A DNA stretch of 64,000 nt from an uncultured delta proteobacterium (lineage in GTDB: Bacteria; Desulfobacterota; Desulfomonilia; Desulfomonilales; Desulfomonilaceae): positions 1 to 64,000 of the forward strand of contig CAWJXP010000037.1 in assembly GCA_963846725.1 (NCBI GenBank), given 5' to 3'. How positions within the stretch are numbered: position 1 is the stretch's first letter; every line of letters starts with the position of its first letter. This document shows positions 41,369 through 52,635 of the stretch, piece by piece. The translations under genes and the position numbers were made by a program. The notes under the pieces are model-generated. The model was not told the origin of the DNA. It searched no databases and saw nothing but the letters and a program-made list of their open reading frames with translations.

Positions 41369-42477
41369 AACAGGATCCTATAAGCGCGAGGCAGCAAAAG
41401 TATCTCAACGCTTCGGCAAGACAACTTATCTGGTGGCGTTACAAGAAGCACACTCTTGCCATGATAGGACTGGTCTCAATCTGCGGCATGTATTTCACCG
41501 CATTTTTCTGTGAGTTTCTGGCGCCGTATAACAAGGATACAAGACATTTAGAAGCCATCTACGCTCCTATAACGAAAATTCATCTGTTCGAGGAAAACGG
41601 CGCCTTATGTTGGCCGTTTGTGCGCCAATCGTATCTGGAACTGGATATGGTTAAAAACCAGGCGTTCGTAAGAGATGTTCCGGGAACTCATTTTCCAATA
41701 AAATTTTTTGTGAAAGGTGATCCATACCATTTCTGGGGTCAATGGGAGTGGGACAGGCATCTGTTTGGAGTAGACCATCCCGGGACACTATTTTTGTTCG
41801 GCGCCGATAGAATGGGTAGAGATGTTTTCTCCCGCTGTCTGTATGGAACCAGGATTTCACTGTCAATAGGCATGATAGGCGTTATGTTCAGCCTCTTCCT
41901 CGGAGTGACCCTCGGGGGCGTGTCAGGGTATTTCGGGGGTTGGTCGGACGGAATAATTCAGAGAATTATAGAGGTGATCCGCTGTTTCCCAAGTATACCT
42001 CTATGGATGGGGCTGTCCGCATCGATGCCGCCACATTGGCCTGCCCTCAAAGTATATTTCGCCATAACCATTATACTGTCGCTTGTTGGTTGGACCGATC
42101 TGGCCCGAATGGTACGTGGGAAGCTCATGGCCCTGCGAGAAGAAGAATTCGTCTTGGCCGCCAAATTCATTGGGGCTTCAGACGCCAGGATAATTTTCAA
42201 ACATTTGCTGCCTTCATTTACGAGCCATATCATAGTTTCCGTGACACTGGCCATTCCAGGGATGATACTGGCGGAAACAGCGCTGTCCTTCCTCGGGATC
42301 GGACTCAGACCCCCGATCACCAGTCTGGGCGTGCTGCTTAAAGAGGCTCAGAATGTCACTACCGTGGCTCTATACCCCTGGCTGCTGATACCAGTCCTTT
42401 TCGTGATAATCATCGTGCTTTCATTCAACTTTGTTGGAGACGGGCTGCGTGACGCTGTTGATCCGTATTCGAGGTAA
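41365..42477 (+). CDS. ABC peptide-transporter permease (OppC/DppC-like)
   Basis: N-terminal OppC_N-like segment plus a permease core. Overlaps the upstream gene by 4 nt. Confidence 0.85.
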   Translation: MKQDPISARQQKYLNASARQLIWWRYKKHTLAMIGLVSICGMYFTAFFCEFLAPYNKDTRHLEAIYAPITKIHLFEENGALCWPFVRQSYLELDMVKNQAFVRDVPGTHFPIKFFVKGDPYHFWGQWEWDRHLFGVDHPGTLFLFGADRMGRDVFSRCLYGTRISLSIGMIGVMFSLFLGVTLGGVSGYFGGWSDGIIQRIIEVIRCFPSIPLWMGLSASMPPHWPALKVYFAITIILSLVGWTDLARMVRGKLMALREEEFVLAAKFIGASDARIIFKHLLPSFTSHIIVSVTLAIPGMILAETALSFLGIGLRPPITSLGVLLKEAQNVTTVALYPWLLIPVLFVIIIVLSFNFVGDGLRDAVDPYSR

Positions 42478-42483
42478 TTTGTA

Positions 42484-43497
42484 ATGGGACCTATTTTGGA
42501 AGTAGAGGATCTGAAGGTTCATTTTTTCCTCGACGAAGGAGTGGCCCGAGCGGTTGATGGCGTAAGTTTCGCCCTGGAACCACGAAAAACGCTGGGAATT
42601 GTGGGTGAGTCGGGTAGCGGAAAAAGTGTTATGGGCCTTTCAATTTTAAGAATTATTCCTCCTCCTGGTCGTATTGTAGACGGAAAAATCTGGCTGGACA
42701 TGGATGGAGGGGATGGACAGGAAAACAGACTGGATCTTGTGACGCTTGATCCAGGGGGGTCCGCCGCTCGAAGTATACGTGGAAAAGACATTACAATGAT
42801 TTTTCAGGAGCCCATGAATTCTTTCAGCCCGGTGCACACTGTTGGTTCTCAAATCATGGAGGCTTTGACGCTGCACGAGGATGTATCTCACAATGAAGCC
42901 CGTAACAGGGCCGTAGAAATGCTCAGCAGGGTAGGGATTCCACAGCCTGAAAAGCGGATCGACGCATACCCCCATCAGTTATCCGGTGGTATGAGACAAC
43001 GGGCGATGATTGCCATGGCTTTAATGTGCAATCCTCGTATCCTCATAGCGGATGAGCCGACCACAGCACTGGACGTGACCATTCAGGCGCAGATTCTGGC
43101 CCTTTTGAAAGACTTGCAGGAAGAATTTGGCATGGCCATCCTGTTCATTTCTCACAATCTTGGTGTGATAGCCGACATAAGTGATGATGTGCTGATCGTC
43201 TATGCGGGCAGGGTCATGGAACAGGCGCCGGTAGATGTTATTTTCAAGGACCCTCTTCATCCATATACAAAAGCGCTTCTCAGGTCAGTACCGGGAATTG
43301 ATACACCGGTAGGAACTGAACTAGCCACAATCGAAGGATCTTTGCCTGACCCGATGTCCACAATTCTCGGCTGTCCGTTTTGGGGCCGATGCCAGGAGTG
43401 TGGTGGATCAACGGTTTGTCGTGACAATCCTTATGACTTGAACCAGGTAGGAGATAGACACTTTGTCGCTTGCCCACGAATGTGTCTCAGCATGTGA
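42484..43497 (+). CDS. ABC peptide-transporter ATP-binding protein (OppD/DppD-like)
   Basis: Walker A GESGSGKS, signature LSGGMRQR, Walker [13 protein letters not shown], and C-terminal oligopeptide-ABC Cys motifs. Confidence 0.9.
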   Translation: MGPILEVEDLKVHFFLDEGVARAVDGVSFALEPRKTLGIVGESGSGKSVMGLSILRIIPPPGRIVDGKIWLDMDGGDGQENRLDLVTLDPGGSAARSIRGKDITMIFQEPMNSFSPVHTVGSQIMEALTLHEDVSHNEARNRAVEMLSRVGIPQPEKRIDAYPHQLSGGMRQRAMIAMALMCNPRILIADEPTTALDVTIQAQILALLKDLQEEFGMAILFISHNLGVIADISDDVLIVYAGRVMEQAPVDVIFKDPLHPYTKALLRSVPGIDTPVGTELATIEGSLPDPMSTILGCPFWGRCQECGGSTVCRDNPYDLNQVGDRHFVACPRMCLSM

Positions 43498-43506
43498 GGT
43501 GTTTGT

Positions 43507-44541
43507 TTGACTGAAACGGGGCCTTTACTGGAAGTCAAGAATCTGAAGAAACACTTTCCGATTCATAAAGGAGTGTTTCGAAAAATATCAGGGCACGTCA
43601 AGGCCGTTGATGGAGTAAGCTTCACGGTAGAGCCTGGCGAAACTCTTGGTCTGGTTGGAGAATCCGGATGTGGAAAAACCACAGTAGGGCGAATGATCAT
43701 GGGAGCTTATCGGCCTACTGGTGGTGAAATCTGGTTTCAGCCTCCCAATGGATCTCCAAGAGTAGACCTCGCGTCTTTGACCCCAAATCAAATGAAGCCA
43801 TATCGACCCTTTGTCCAGATGGTTTTTCAGGATCCTTTCGCATCTCTGAATCCAAGGATGACGGTCCGGGAAATTCTCGGCGAACCGCTGGTTGTAAACA
43901 ATGTAGCCAAAGGGGCTGAGCTGGAAGGGCGTGTTCGGGAAATGGTCGAGATGGTTGGCTTAAAAGTTCAGTATTTGAACAGATACCCTCACGCTTTTTC
44001 TGGAGGTCAGCGGCAGAGAATAAGTTTCGCCAGAGCCTTGGCCCTTTATCCCCGCCTGCTCGTCGCTGATGAACCGACATCAGCCCTCGATGTGTCTGTC
44101 CAGGCCCAAATAGTGAACCTGGCCCTGGATATCCAGAGGCAAATGGGGATCGCATACCTGTTTATTTCGCACGACCTGGGACTCATAAGGCATTTTAGTA
44201 AGAAAATATTGCTCATGTATGTTGGACGAGTAGTAGAATACGCTCCCGCCAATGCTCTTTTTGGTAGGCCGCGCCATCCATATACCGAGGCTCTAATGTC
44301 CAACGTCCCCAGCACTCGACCTGAATTGGTTGGGCGAAAGATAATTCTGAAAGGAGATCCGGCTGATCCGATTAACCCACCTTCAGGTTGTTCATTCCAT
44401 CCAAGGTGCCTTTACGCTCAAAAAATCTGTTCAGACGAAGAGCCGGAACTTCGGGAAATTGGTATGAATCATTTTGCCGCTTGTCATTTTGCTGAATCGC
44501 TTGATTTGCGGGGTTGCGATGCATTGGGTTGTGTGATCTAA
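43507..44541 (+). CDS. ABC peptide-transporter ATP-binding protein (OppF/DppF-like)
   Basis: Walker [10 protein letters not shown], signature FSGGQRQR, Walker [13 protein letters not shown]. Confidence 0.9.
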   Translation: MTETGPLLEVKNLKKHFPIHKGVFRKISGHVKAVDGVSFTVEPGETLGLVGESGCGKTTVGRMIMGAYRPTGGEIWFQPPNGSPRVDLASLTPNQMKPYRPFVQMVFQDPFASLNPRMTVREILGEPLVVNNVAKGAELEGRVREMVEMVGLKVQYLNRYPHAFSGGQRQRISFARALALYPRLLVADEPTSALDVSVQAQIVNLALDIQRQMGIAYLFISHDLGLIRHFSKKILLMYVGRVVEYAPANALFGRPRHPYTEALMSNVPSTRPELVGRKIILKGDPADPINPPSGCSFHPRCLYAQKICSDEEPELREIGMNHFAACHFAESLDLRGCDALGCVI

Positions 44542-44611
44542 TCGGAGAACCAAACTAAAGCCTTGAACACCAATCCACAAAGTATATTAGGATAAAGTTT
44601 TCAATTTAATT

Positions 44612-45848
44612 ATGAAACGTCGTATCAAAAGAATTCTTGTCTACACTCACAATTCGATAGGCGTCGGCCACGCGTTCAGGACTTCAGCCGTAATAACCGG
44701 CATAAAAAAATGGCGTCCTGATATTGATTTTCTTGTAATATCAGGAACATCTGTCCCCCAAGTTTTCTTTCGGGAATGCATTGAAGTAATCAAATTACCC
44801 TCGGTGAAGCTGGACATAGATCGAAAAGACAGTCCCATGTGTTCCAGGTACCTTTCAGGCTTCGAACTCGAGAACATCTTTGATTTCCGTCAACGTCTGA
44901 TACTGGCGAGTTTCGATTTCCTGCAACCGGACGCACTCATAATCGAGCACAATATGACCGGCCAAATGAGTGAACTCATACCTCTGCTCATGAAAAAATG
45001 GATGAGAAAAGGAGGTCCGGTTGATTTTGCAGTGGCTCACATTTGCAGGGGCATAATGAAATGGGTTCCTTTGCTTAGGATTCCTTACCAGAATCCCAGA
45101 CATCGCTCAGAATCCATAAACATAGGGTCATTATACGATTTCATGTATGTGCTTGAAGACAGGGATGTTATTGATATAAACAAGGAATTTCTGGGAAGCG
45201 ATCCGGAGCTTGATAAAAAGATTCATTATCTCGGAAAGATAACAAATAGAACTTCGGAAGAACTTCCCGGCAGGGAAAAGTCGCTCGAAAGATTCGGACT
45301 CCCTGACAGGCCGCTGATAGTAATATCTCTGGGCCGTAATTCGAAAGCGATGGCCGTTACCCTGCGTATCCTGGATTTTATCGACAGGTTCAACCTTAAA
45401 TCCGCATATCAAATCGTGGTGGTTCTGAGATACTTATCTTGATCCGGAATCGAGTTCCACAATACTCTCTCATCCTCTAGGTAGTGGAGTCCGTTTCCTG
45501 GGGTTTACACTGGATCTCGTGGATCTGTTCAATCATGCCGAGCTTGTAATTTCCCGGGCTGGTTACAATACAGTCAATGAGATCCTTTTGACTGGAGTAA
45601 AAGCGGTTATAATCCCTGAAAGCCATGGATCCGGAGAGCAAGAACAACGAGCCCGGAGCGCTCTGGCGGACAACCTTGTCATAATGAATGAAGATGAGGT
45701 TCTTGAATCGGAATTCGGGCCCAGGATAATCAATTTTCTCGAGACCGGCTCACGAGCCGCTCCTTGTAAATTTGACAAATACGCCATAGGTAAACGTATC
45801 ATCAAAGATCTGGAAGCCTGGACGACCACTCCATTAGAGTCGCTGTGA
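44612..45848 (+). CDS. GT1/GT28-type (MurG-like fold) glycosyltransferase, frameshifted between 45442 and 45519
   Basis: N-terminal RILVYTHNSIGVGHAFRTSAV (GT-B N-domain glycine-rich motif) in ORF 44612-45442. The C-terminal donor-binding motif ELVISRAGYNTVNEIL..GV.AVIIP is in ORF 45519-45848. Confidence 0.6.
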
Positions 45849-45877
45849 GCCTCGCTATCATTCCCTGATCAACTCCG

Positions 45878-47209
45878 TTAAGGGTAGATCCCCCTGATCA
45901 ATATGGCGTCTGATATCCTCTGAATTGCAAGGATTTGGGCCGCCTCCCTATTGGAAACGTTAAATCGCTTCGAAGCCTCGATCACGCTTTCGAAGGCCTT
46001 GGTCATCAAATACTGAAGTTTTAAGTTAATTTCTTCTACCGGCCAGAAAAACGACTGGAGATCCTGAACCCATTCCAGGTAGCTCACGGTAACTCCGCCT
46101 GCGTTACACAACACATCCGGTATCACAAACACCCCGTTACCGTTGATAATTTCATCGGCCTCCGGCGTAGTCGGTCCATTGGCGCCTTCTGCCAGTATTT
46201 TCGCTTTTATTTTTGAGGCGTTATGCGAGGTGATCTGGTTCTCGATCGCCGCCGCAATCAAGATATCGCAATCCAGAGTGAGCAAATCCTCATTTGAAAT
46301 AAAATCCTGCTCCGAATAACTCGCTACAGACCCACCTTCTTCAATGTGTCGCGAGACTTCTGAAGGATCGATACCGTTCGATCTGCAAATCCCACCCTTC
46401 GATGAACTGATTGCGATGACTTTCATTCCCAGATCGTGCGCCATACGAGCCGCCACTGATCCGACGTTTCCAAACCCTTGAATAGCCACAGTAGCTTTTT
46501 CAGGACTTATTCCCCTGAGCTTCAGAGCTTCAAGTATGCAAAAACCTACACCACGACCGGTCGCTTCCGTCCTTCCCAGCGATCCGCCTATTTCTACGGG
46601 TTTACCCGTGACAACCGCAGGGATCGAGAAACCGCGATGCATGGAATACGTATCCATTATCCATGCCATAACCTGAGGATTAGTTCCTACATCAGGCGCA
46701 GGAATGTCGCTTTCCGGCCCCATCAGGACACTGATTTCAGTGGCGTATCTACGTGTGAGGCGTTCCAGTTCGCGCTGGGACAACTGCTTGGGATCGACGA
46801 TTACCCCGCCCTTGGCTCCGCCATAGGGGAGATTCATCAAAGCGCATTTCCACGTCATCCACATCGCTAGCGCTCGAACCTCATCCAGTGTCACACCTGG
46901 AGCGTACCTGATTCCGCCTTTGGTCGGTCCCCTAACCACAGAGTGGTGTACCCGGTAGCCTCTAAAAATGTTTATATGCCCATTGTCCATCATAACGGGG
47001 AAATTCACGGACAACTCACGCTTCGGACATCGAAGCATATCAATGACTCCCCGTTTCAGATTCAGATGTGATACAGCCTTGTCAAATTGCGTTAACGCGT
47101 TCACATACGGATTTTCTTCGCCTGTTTTCCTAGGCAAAGTTCCGGAATTGTTAATTGCGCAAGGTGAGCCAGGATTTTCGGACGCTTCCGGATTAGAGCT
47201 TCGGTCCAT
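45878..47209 (-). CDS. gdhA: glutamate dehydrogenase (Glu/Leu/Phe/Val dehydrogenase family)
   Basis: Catalytic Lys motif NLPYGGAKGGV and NAD(P) Rossmann motif IQGFGNVG. Confidence 0.9.
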   Translation of the reverse strand: MDRSSNPEASENPGSPCAINNSGTLPRKTGEENPYVNALTQFDKAVSHLNLKRGVIDMLRCPKRELSVNFPVMMDNGHINIFRGYRVHHSVVRGPTKGGIRYAPGVTLDEVRALAMWMTWKCALMNLPYGGAKGGVIVDPKQLSQRELERLTRRYATEISVLMGPESDIPAPDVGTNPQVMAWIMDTYSMHRGFSIPAVVTGKPVEIGGSLGRTEATGRGVGFCILEALKLRGISPEKATVAIQGFGNVGSVAARMAHDLGMKVIAISSSKGGICRSNGIDPSEVSRHIEEGGSVASYSEQDFISNEDLLTLDCDILIAAAIENQITSHNASKIKAKILAEGANGPTTPEADEIINGNGVFVIPDVLCNAGGVTVSYLEWVQDLQSFFWPVEEINLKLQYLMTKAFESVIEASKRFNVSNREAAQILAIQRISDAILIRGIYP

Positions 47210-47294
47210 TCTTGATTACCCTCGTAATGCCATGCATGAACACAGAACAAACTTCGGACGTTCAGATTATATATTCAGATTCCTGCGTGATTGG

Positions 47295-48317
47295 CTAACA
47301 AATTCTTGGCAGAAGTTCGCCCGAAGGTTCCGCAAGAATTCTCCATCCCCCGATTCTTGTTTTCATGACAACTCTCGGTTTTGTCTCCGAAGTTATCGTC
47401 CCTATGGCGCAGGCTTGAGACGCTTGAGGACAGTCTTTCAGGGCGTCAAACGCCTGTTCTGCGTAGCGCCCGTCAATCACCGCTACGATTTTTCCCTCAT
47501 TGGCGGCTTCAAGAGGATTGATACCAAGGATTTCAGCAGCGGCTGAAACCTGTGGAGACACGGGAATCAATGTTTCATCCACGGAAACAGTCAAATTCGT
47601 CATTGTGGCAATTTCGTTGAGAGTGGCGCTGAGTCCTCCCCTTGTGGGGTCACGCAAGAATTTCAACGCCCCTCCAAGATCGAGCAATCTTTCTACAATC
47701 GGCCAGACACCCGCTGAATCGGATTTTACGTCGAAGTCGAAAGAAAACTCCGCGCGACTTAGCATCACGGCCATGCCATGATCCCCAACCTGGCCACTAA
47801 CAATGATGATGTCACCGGGCTCAATACGGCTGGGAGTTAACTCAACGGGAGAAACGACATTTCCAATCCCCGCTGTGTTTATGAATATGCGATCGGTGGC
47901 TCCTTTTGGCGTCACCTTTGTGTCGCCGGTCACTATTTCCACACCGCATGTGTCAGCGGCGGATGACATGGAGTCGAGGATTCTTGTGAGGTCATCCATG
48001 GGGAACCCTTCCTCGAGGATCAAACCCACGGACAAAAATGTCGGTCTTGCCCCTGAACACGCCAGATCGTTACAGGTTCCGTGCACCGATAGAGATCCTA
48101 TGTCCCCGCCCGGAAAAAAGATCGGCGATACCACGAAAGAGTCTGTCGTAAATGCAATTTTGTCCGCAAGATCCGACAACACTACCGAATCCGGCAGGGC
48201 TGCCAGTTTCCCGCGATTGAGCCTGGGGAGGACGAGGTCGCGAATGAGTCTCCCAGACATTTTTCCGCCGCCTCCGTGGGCGAGGGCAATGGATTTACCG
48301 CTAGATCTAGGAATCAA
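47295..48317 (-). CDS. hypE: hydrogenase maturation protein HypE
   Basis: LAHGGGG motif, AIR-synthase-related fold, C-terminal PRIC. The likely TTG start at 48317 is preceded by GGAGGGG. The tracked ORF runs to 48479 but overlaps hypD. Confidence 0.85.
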   Translation of the reverse strand: MIPRSSGKSIALAHGGGGKMSGRLIRDLVLPRLNRGKLAALPDSVVLSDLADKIAFTTDSFVVSPIFFPGGDIGSLSVHGTCNDLACSGARPTFLSVGLILEEGFPMDDLTRILDSMSSAADTCGVEIVTGDTKVTPKGATDRIFINTAGIGNVVSPVELTPSRIEPGDIIIVSGQVGDHGMAVMLSRAEFSFDFDVKSDSAGVWPIVERLLDLGGALKFLRDPTRGGLSATLNEIATMTNLTVSVDETLIPVSPQVSAAAEILGINPLEAANEGKIVAVIDGRYAEQAFDALKDCPQASQACAIGTITSETKPRVVMKTRIGGWRILAEPSGELLPRIC

Positions 48318-49398
48318 TGGAAACCCCTCCGTACTTATAATAAGCAGCGCACGTCCCTTCGGATGAAACCATGCAAGGACCAACCGGATCTTCGGGAACG
48401 CATTCCCTACCAAACAGCCCGCACTGATTTGGGGTAAGTTCTCCCGTGAGAATCCTGGCGCACTTGCAGCGCGGGTCATCCGGCTCTTCCCGAACCTCGA
48501 CGCTGAACCGTTTCAAGGCGTCAAATTCTTCATACGGGGGTTTGAAGGCAAGACCGCTGCCAGGAATCAACCCCAGGCCCCTCCACGAAGCGTCGGAGGG
48601 TTCAAAGACCTCATCTATTAAAGTCCGGGCAAAAACGTTGCCGTCCTCGCGAACCACGGTTCTGTAGTTGTTCTGGATCTCAGGTTTCTTATTAATGGCC
48701 ATTCGGACCAGGCTTCTAAGAGCCAGAAGTATATCCAGTCCGTCGAATCCCGCGACAACGCCGGGTTTTCCGTATTCCGAAGCGAGGTATTTATAGGAAT
48801 TGGCCCCAATTATGGCTGAAACATGACCGGGTAACAGGAATCCGGTCAGATCTTTCTGGGAGGCCAGCATTTTCAGAGGTTGGTGGATAGTCTTGAAAGC
48901 CGGCAATATAAAAAGGTTTCGTACGTTTCTCGCCCGGGCGGTTTTCACGGTCGCCGCCACAGTAGGAATGGTTGTTTCGAACCCTACGCCGAGAAAAACA
49001 GCAGGCTTAGGCGCAACCTGAACTGCAATGTCTATTGCGTCCATAGGAGAGTAGACCACTTTGACCATCCCGCCCTGGGATCGGAGGTCAGCCAAAGAGC
49101 CTGAAGATCCGGGTACCCTGATCAAATCTCCAAAGGTCACAAGGCATACGCCTAGCTCCTTTCCCAGGAAGACGGACTGATCAATAAAAAGTTTTTCCGT
49201 CACACAGACGGGACATCCAGGACCTGAAACCAGGCCAAGCCGTTTTGTGAACAGGCTTTTTATACCGGATGAATGAATCGCCATGGTATGGGTGCCACAA
49301 ACTTCCATAAATTTCATGGACCCAGAGTATCCGGACAACATGGAGTTAATATCAGCGGCAAGTTTTTTCGCCGCGTGTTTTTCTGTTTCGACTTTCAA
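48307..49398 (-). CDS. hypD: hydrogenase maturation protein HypD
   Basis: CGTHT, GPGCPVC and FETT motifs. Full-length HypD similarity. Confidence 0.9.
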   Translation of the reverse strand: MKVETEKHAAKKLAADINSMLSGYSGSMKFMEVCGTHTMAIHSSGIKSLFTKRLGLVSGPGCPVCVTEKLFIDQSVFLGKELGVCLVTFGDLIRVPGSSGSLADLRSQGGMVKVVYSPMDAIDIAVQVAPKPAVFLGVGFETTIPTVAATVKTARARNVRNLFILPAFKTIHQPLKMLASQKDLTGFLLPGHVSAIIGANSYKYLASEYGKPGVVAGFDGLDILLALRSLVRMAINKKPEIQNNYRTVVREDGNVFARTLIDEVFEPSDASWRGLGLIPGSGLAFKPPYEEFDALKRFSVEVREEPDDPRCKCARILTGELTPNQCGLFGRECVPEDPVGPCMVSSEGTCAAYYKYGGVSIDS

Positions 49399-49634
49399 TC
49401 TACAGCCTCATTTTTCGTGGCTTCCGCAAGCTCTCTGAACAGATCCAACCGTATTGCGGCCTCTTCATGGTCAAGCACCTCAATGGCGAATCCTGCGTGT
49501 ATAATGAGGTAATCTCCAATCTGCGCATGCGGAGCCATAGTAAGGCTCACGTCGGTTTTTACGCCTCCGGCGTCCACTTTTCCAACGCCAGGACCGGATA
49601 TTTCAACAAGTCTCATTGGTATGGCCAAACACAT
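49395..49634 (-). CDS. hypC: hydrogenase maturation protein HypC
   Basis: N-terminal MCLAIP with a Cys at position 2. About 79 aa. Confidence 0.9.
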   Translation of the reverse strand: MCLAIPMRLVEISGPGVGKVDAGGVKTDVSLTMAPHAQIGDYLIIHAGFAIEVLDHEEAAIRLDLFRELAEATKNEAVD

Positions 49635-49662
49635 TAATCACATCCTCACAGGACCGGAACTG

Positions 49663-52021
49663 TTAAATTTTGAGTGTATTTCCGTTTTGTCCAAATTTCT
49701 TTTGATTTTCTCTCAACCATGTTTCCATGCCGACCACAGCCTGGCCGATCGCTATACCGCCATCATTGACAGGGACATCACCGTGGCATAAAACGTCAAA
49801 GCCGTCCTTTTCAAGCCTGGCGGCTACCGTTTGAGCCAGTCGCTTGTTTTGAAAGCAGCCTCCAGTCAATCCCACTTTTCTATCAGGAATCTGATATTCT
49901 AATCTTCGAACCGTTTCCGCTATTAATTCCACGACTGAGTTGTGAAATCGCGCTGCCAGCTTTGAAGCCTCCACGCCGGCCAGCTTATCTTCAGCCAGAC
50001 GACGCGTCAATGAAGCCACGTCAGGCTCCAACAATTCCGAGTCGTTGAATCCTGTTTCGTAAAAATAGTTCTCATTTTCGTCGGCTATAGATTCAAGCCA
50101 CATCGCCGCCTGGCCCTCAAAAGTCACAGTGCGACTAAATCCCGAAATCGCCGCGGCCGCATCGAACAACCTGCCTGCGGACGATGTTAACGGGGTGTTT
50201 ATTCCCTTTTTCCAGGCTTCTAACCATAAACCAGTCTTAACCGAAGTGGCGCCGAACAGCTTGAGGGCCTCGGCCGGGATTGTCCCCCCATTGGATAGGG
50301 CGAGCAAACCGGCGGCGATTCTCAATGGCTCCCGAATCGCCATCTCGGCCCCGATCAGAGGGAATAGCCCAAGACGCGCGACACGTTGAAAGGATGATCT
50401 GTCCGCCAGTAAAAATTCCCCACCCCATATCGTTCCATCCTCTCCATAGCCAGTCCCATCAAAAACCACAAAAAGAGCCGGACCTTCCAGCCCGCTTTCG
50501 ACCATCAAGCTAACCGCATGAGCATGATGATGATAGACCGGAATTGACTGTTTGTCATGCTGTTGAGCCAACCGTGAACTGAAATAACCTGGATGGGGGT
50601 CGAAGGCTATTACCGATGGGGTCACCTCGAGATAATTTGTCAGTATATCAATTGATCGGGTGAAATGGTCCTGAGCTTCAGGCGATTCAAGATCTCCCAC
50701 GTGTGGACCTGGTGTTATCAAGCCACGGCTAACAATCGCGGGGGCGTTTTTCAGATCCGCTCCTACGCCAAGGATTGCCGGCATCTCCACGCCATCGCCA
50801 CCTGAAAACCTTGCGGATTCCTGAACCCTAAAACTCATAGGGACATAGCCCCTGGATCTTCTGAAAACAGAAGGCTTCCCTCTGATGACTCTTACAATTG
50901 AATCATCCGCTCTCAAGACGATTTGACGATCGTGGATGAGGAAGACGTCAGCGATTGAACCGAGTCGATCAAGGGCGTCGTCGTTTTCCGCAGCAATGGG
51001 TTCATCCGAATGGTTTCCTGACGTCATTACCAATGCCGAGAGGCAGTCACTTCCATTGAAGTCAGGGTGTTTGAACAACAAGTGATGAACTGGCGAATAT
51101 GGCAGCATTACGCCCAAAGAACCTACAAAAGGAGCCACTCCGGGCGCCACTCCAGCGCCATTGGACCTGAGCAGAACTATCGGGGCCATTGCGGAAGTGA
51201 GGGCATGTTCTTCATCTACGTCAATTTCACAGAGTTTTCGCGCTTCTTGAAGATCTCTCGTCATGATGGCGAAAGGCTTTTCAGGGCGGTTTTTAAGCTC
51301 TCTCAGCCTATTAACGGCTTTGTTGTTATACGCGTCAACCGCCAGATGAAAACCGCCAATTCCTTTTATAGCGGCGATCTTGCCTTGCTTCAGAATCTTT
51401 ATCGTTTCTGTGACCGGATCATTATCGATTACGTTTCCCTCTCTACCAATCAGTTCCATCCGAGGACCGCAAACAGGACATGAGTTAGTTTGTGAATGAA
51501 ACCGGCGATCAAGGGGATTTTCGTATTCTTTGCGGCACTCGTCGCACATGACGAAATCCGCCATGCTGGTTTCTGTCTCTATCGTACGGGAATGATCTGA
51601 CTACGGTAAACCGGGGACCACATAGCGTGCACGTGATAAAAGGAAACAGGTATCTTCTGTCTTGAGGGTCAAGAAGTTCGGAAACGCAGGCCGGGCAGGT
51701 AGCCACATCGGGCGGGATAGGTGTAATATCCCGCTGGGTTTTCAAGCTATCCTGAATCATGAAAGATGTTACGCCTGTCGCCGATATTTCAAACACTCGA
51801 TATTCGTCTATTCGGCCAGGAAAAGGTACGGACAGTGGCAACTCATCAACAAATCTTTCACATCGATCCTGATTTCCTTCCACCTCTACGTGAACTGTCC
51901 CTGTTGTGTTTACAACCCAACCCGACAACCCATGTTTGACGGCGAGTCTGTAGACGGTAGGTCTGAAACCTATTCCCTGCAGGATTCCCTTGAGGATGAT
52001 TTGCTTTCGAATGATTGGCAT
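49663..52021 (-). CDS. hypF: carbamoyltransferase HypF, frameshifted near 51509-51564
   Basis: ORF 51509-52021 has the acylphosphatase domain and first Zn finger (CPACVSE...CTLCGPRFT). ORF 49663-51564 has the second Zn finger (CDECRKEY...CPVCGP), the YrdC-like domain and the Kae1/HypF carbamoyltransferase domain. Confidence 0.85.
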
Positions 52022-52159
52022 GAAATAATGTGAAACCTGACAGCCCTTCCTACCAAGCGGAGACGGGAAGGCAATTGTTTTACCGCTCTCGAACCAAGTT
52101 AACCTTTTTCGTTGATGAATGGAAGAGATCCCATTTCATGCGATTTGATCAAAAAGCTA

Positions 52160-52189
52160 TTGACATGATACGCATTTTTTTGAGATATA
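52160..52189 (+). promoter_or_regulatory. candidate sigma70-type promoter of rpsT (TTGACA, 17-18 nt spacer, GATATA)
   Basis: TTGACA at 52160-52165 and an AT-rich -10-like hexamer at about 52183-52189. A leader hairpin follows (AGCGATGAA...TTTCGTCGCT, about 52204-52236). Confidence 0.3.
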
Positions 52190-52289
52190 GAAGAATTGAT
52201 CGCGAGCGATGAACAAGCGCGTTTCGTCGCTTATGAATTCGCTGGAACGAAATACCGGCGAAAGGGCGAAAAACAAAAGGAGCTATTAA

Positions 52290-52543
52290 TGGCCAATCAT
52301 CCGTCAGCACTTAAGAGAATGCGCCAGAACGAGAAGAAGCGCCTGAGAAACATATCCTACAAGTCCAAAGTTAAAACGGCCGTCAAAAAATATCTCAAAG
52401 CAATTGAAGAAAAAACTCCCGAAGCGTCAAGTCTTCTTAACTCTACCATGTCTCTGTTAAGTAAGGGTGTGACCAAGGGAATTTTTCACAGGAATACGGC
52501 ATCGAGAACAATATCCAGGCTATCCAAAAAACTGGCCGCTTAA
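52290..52543 (+). CDS. rpsT: 30S ribosomal protein S20
   Basis: MANHPSALKRMRQNEKKRLRN is the canonical S20 N-terminus. An AGGAG RBS lies 8 nt upstream. The tracked ORF start at 52196 is an upstream in-frame extension. Confidence 0.9.
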
Positions 52544-52635
52544 TAGACTTCCTGGCCGGTTAGCGTTAGCCGTACCCGCGTTTCCGCCTGTACAACGCGC
52601 AGATCGATTCGCTACCAGCCACCCCCTCCCGATTC

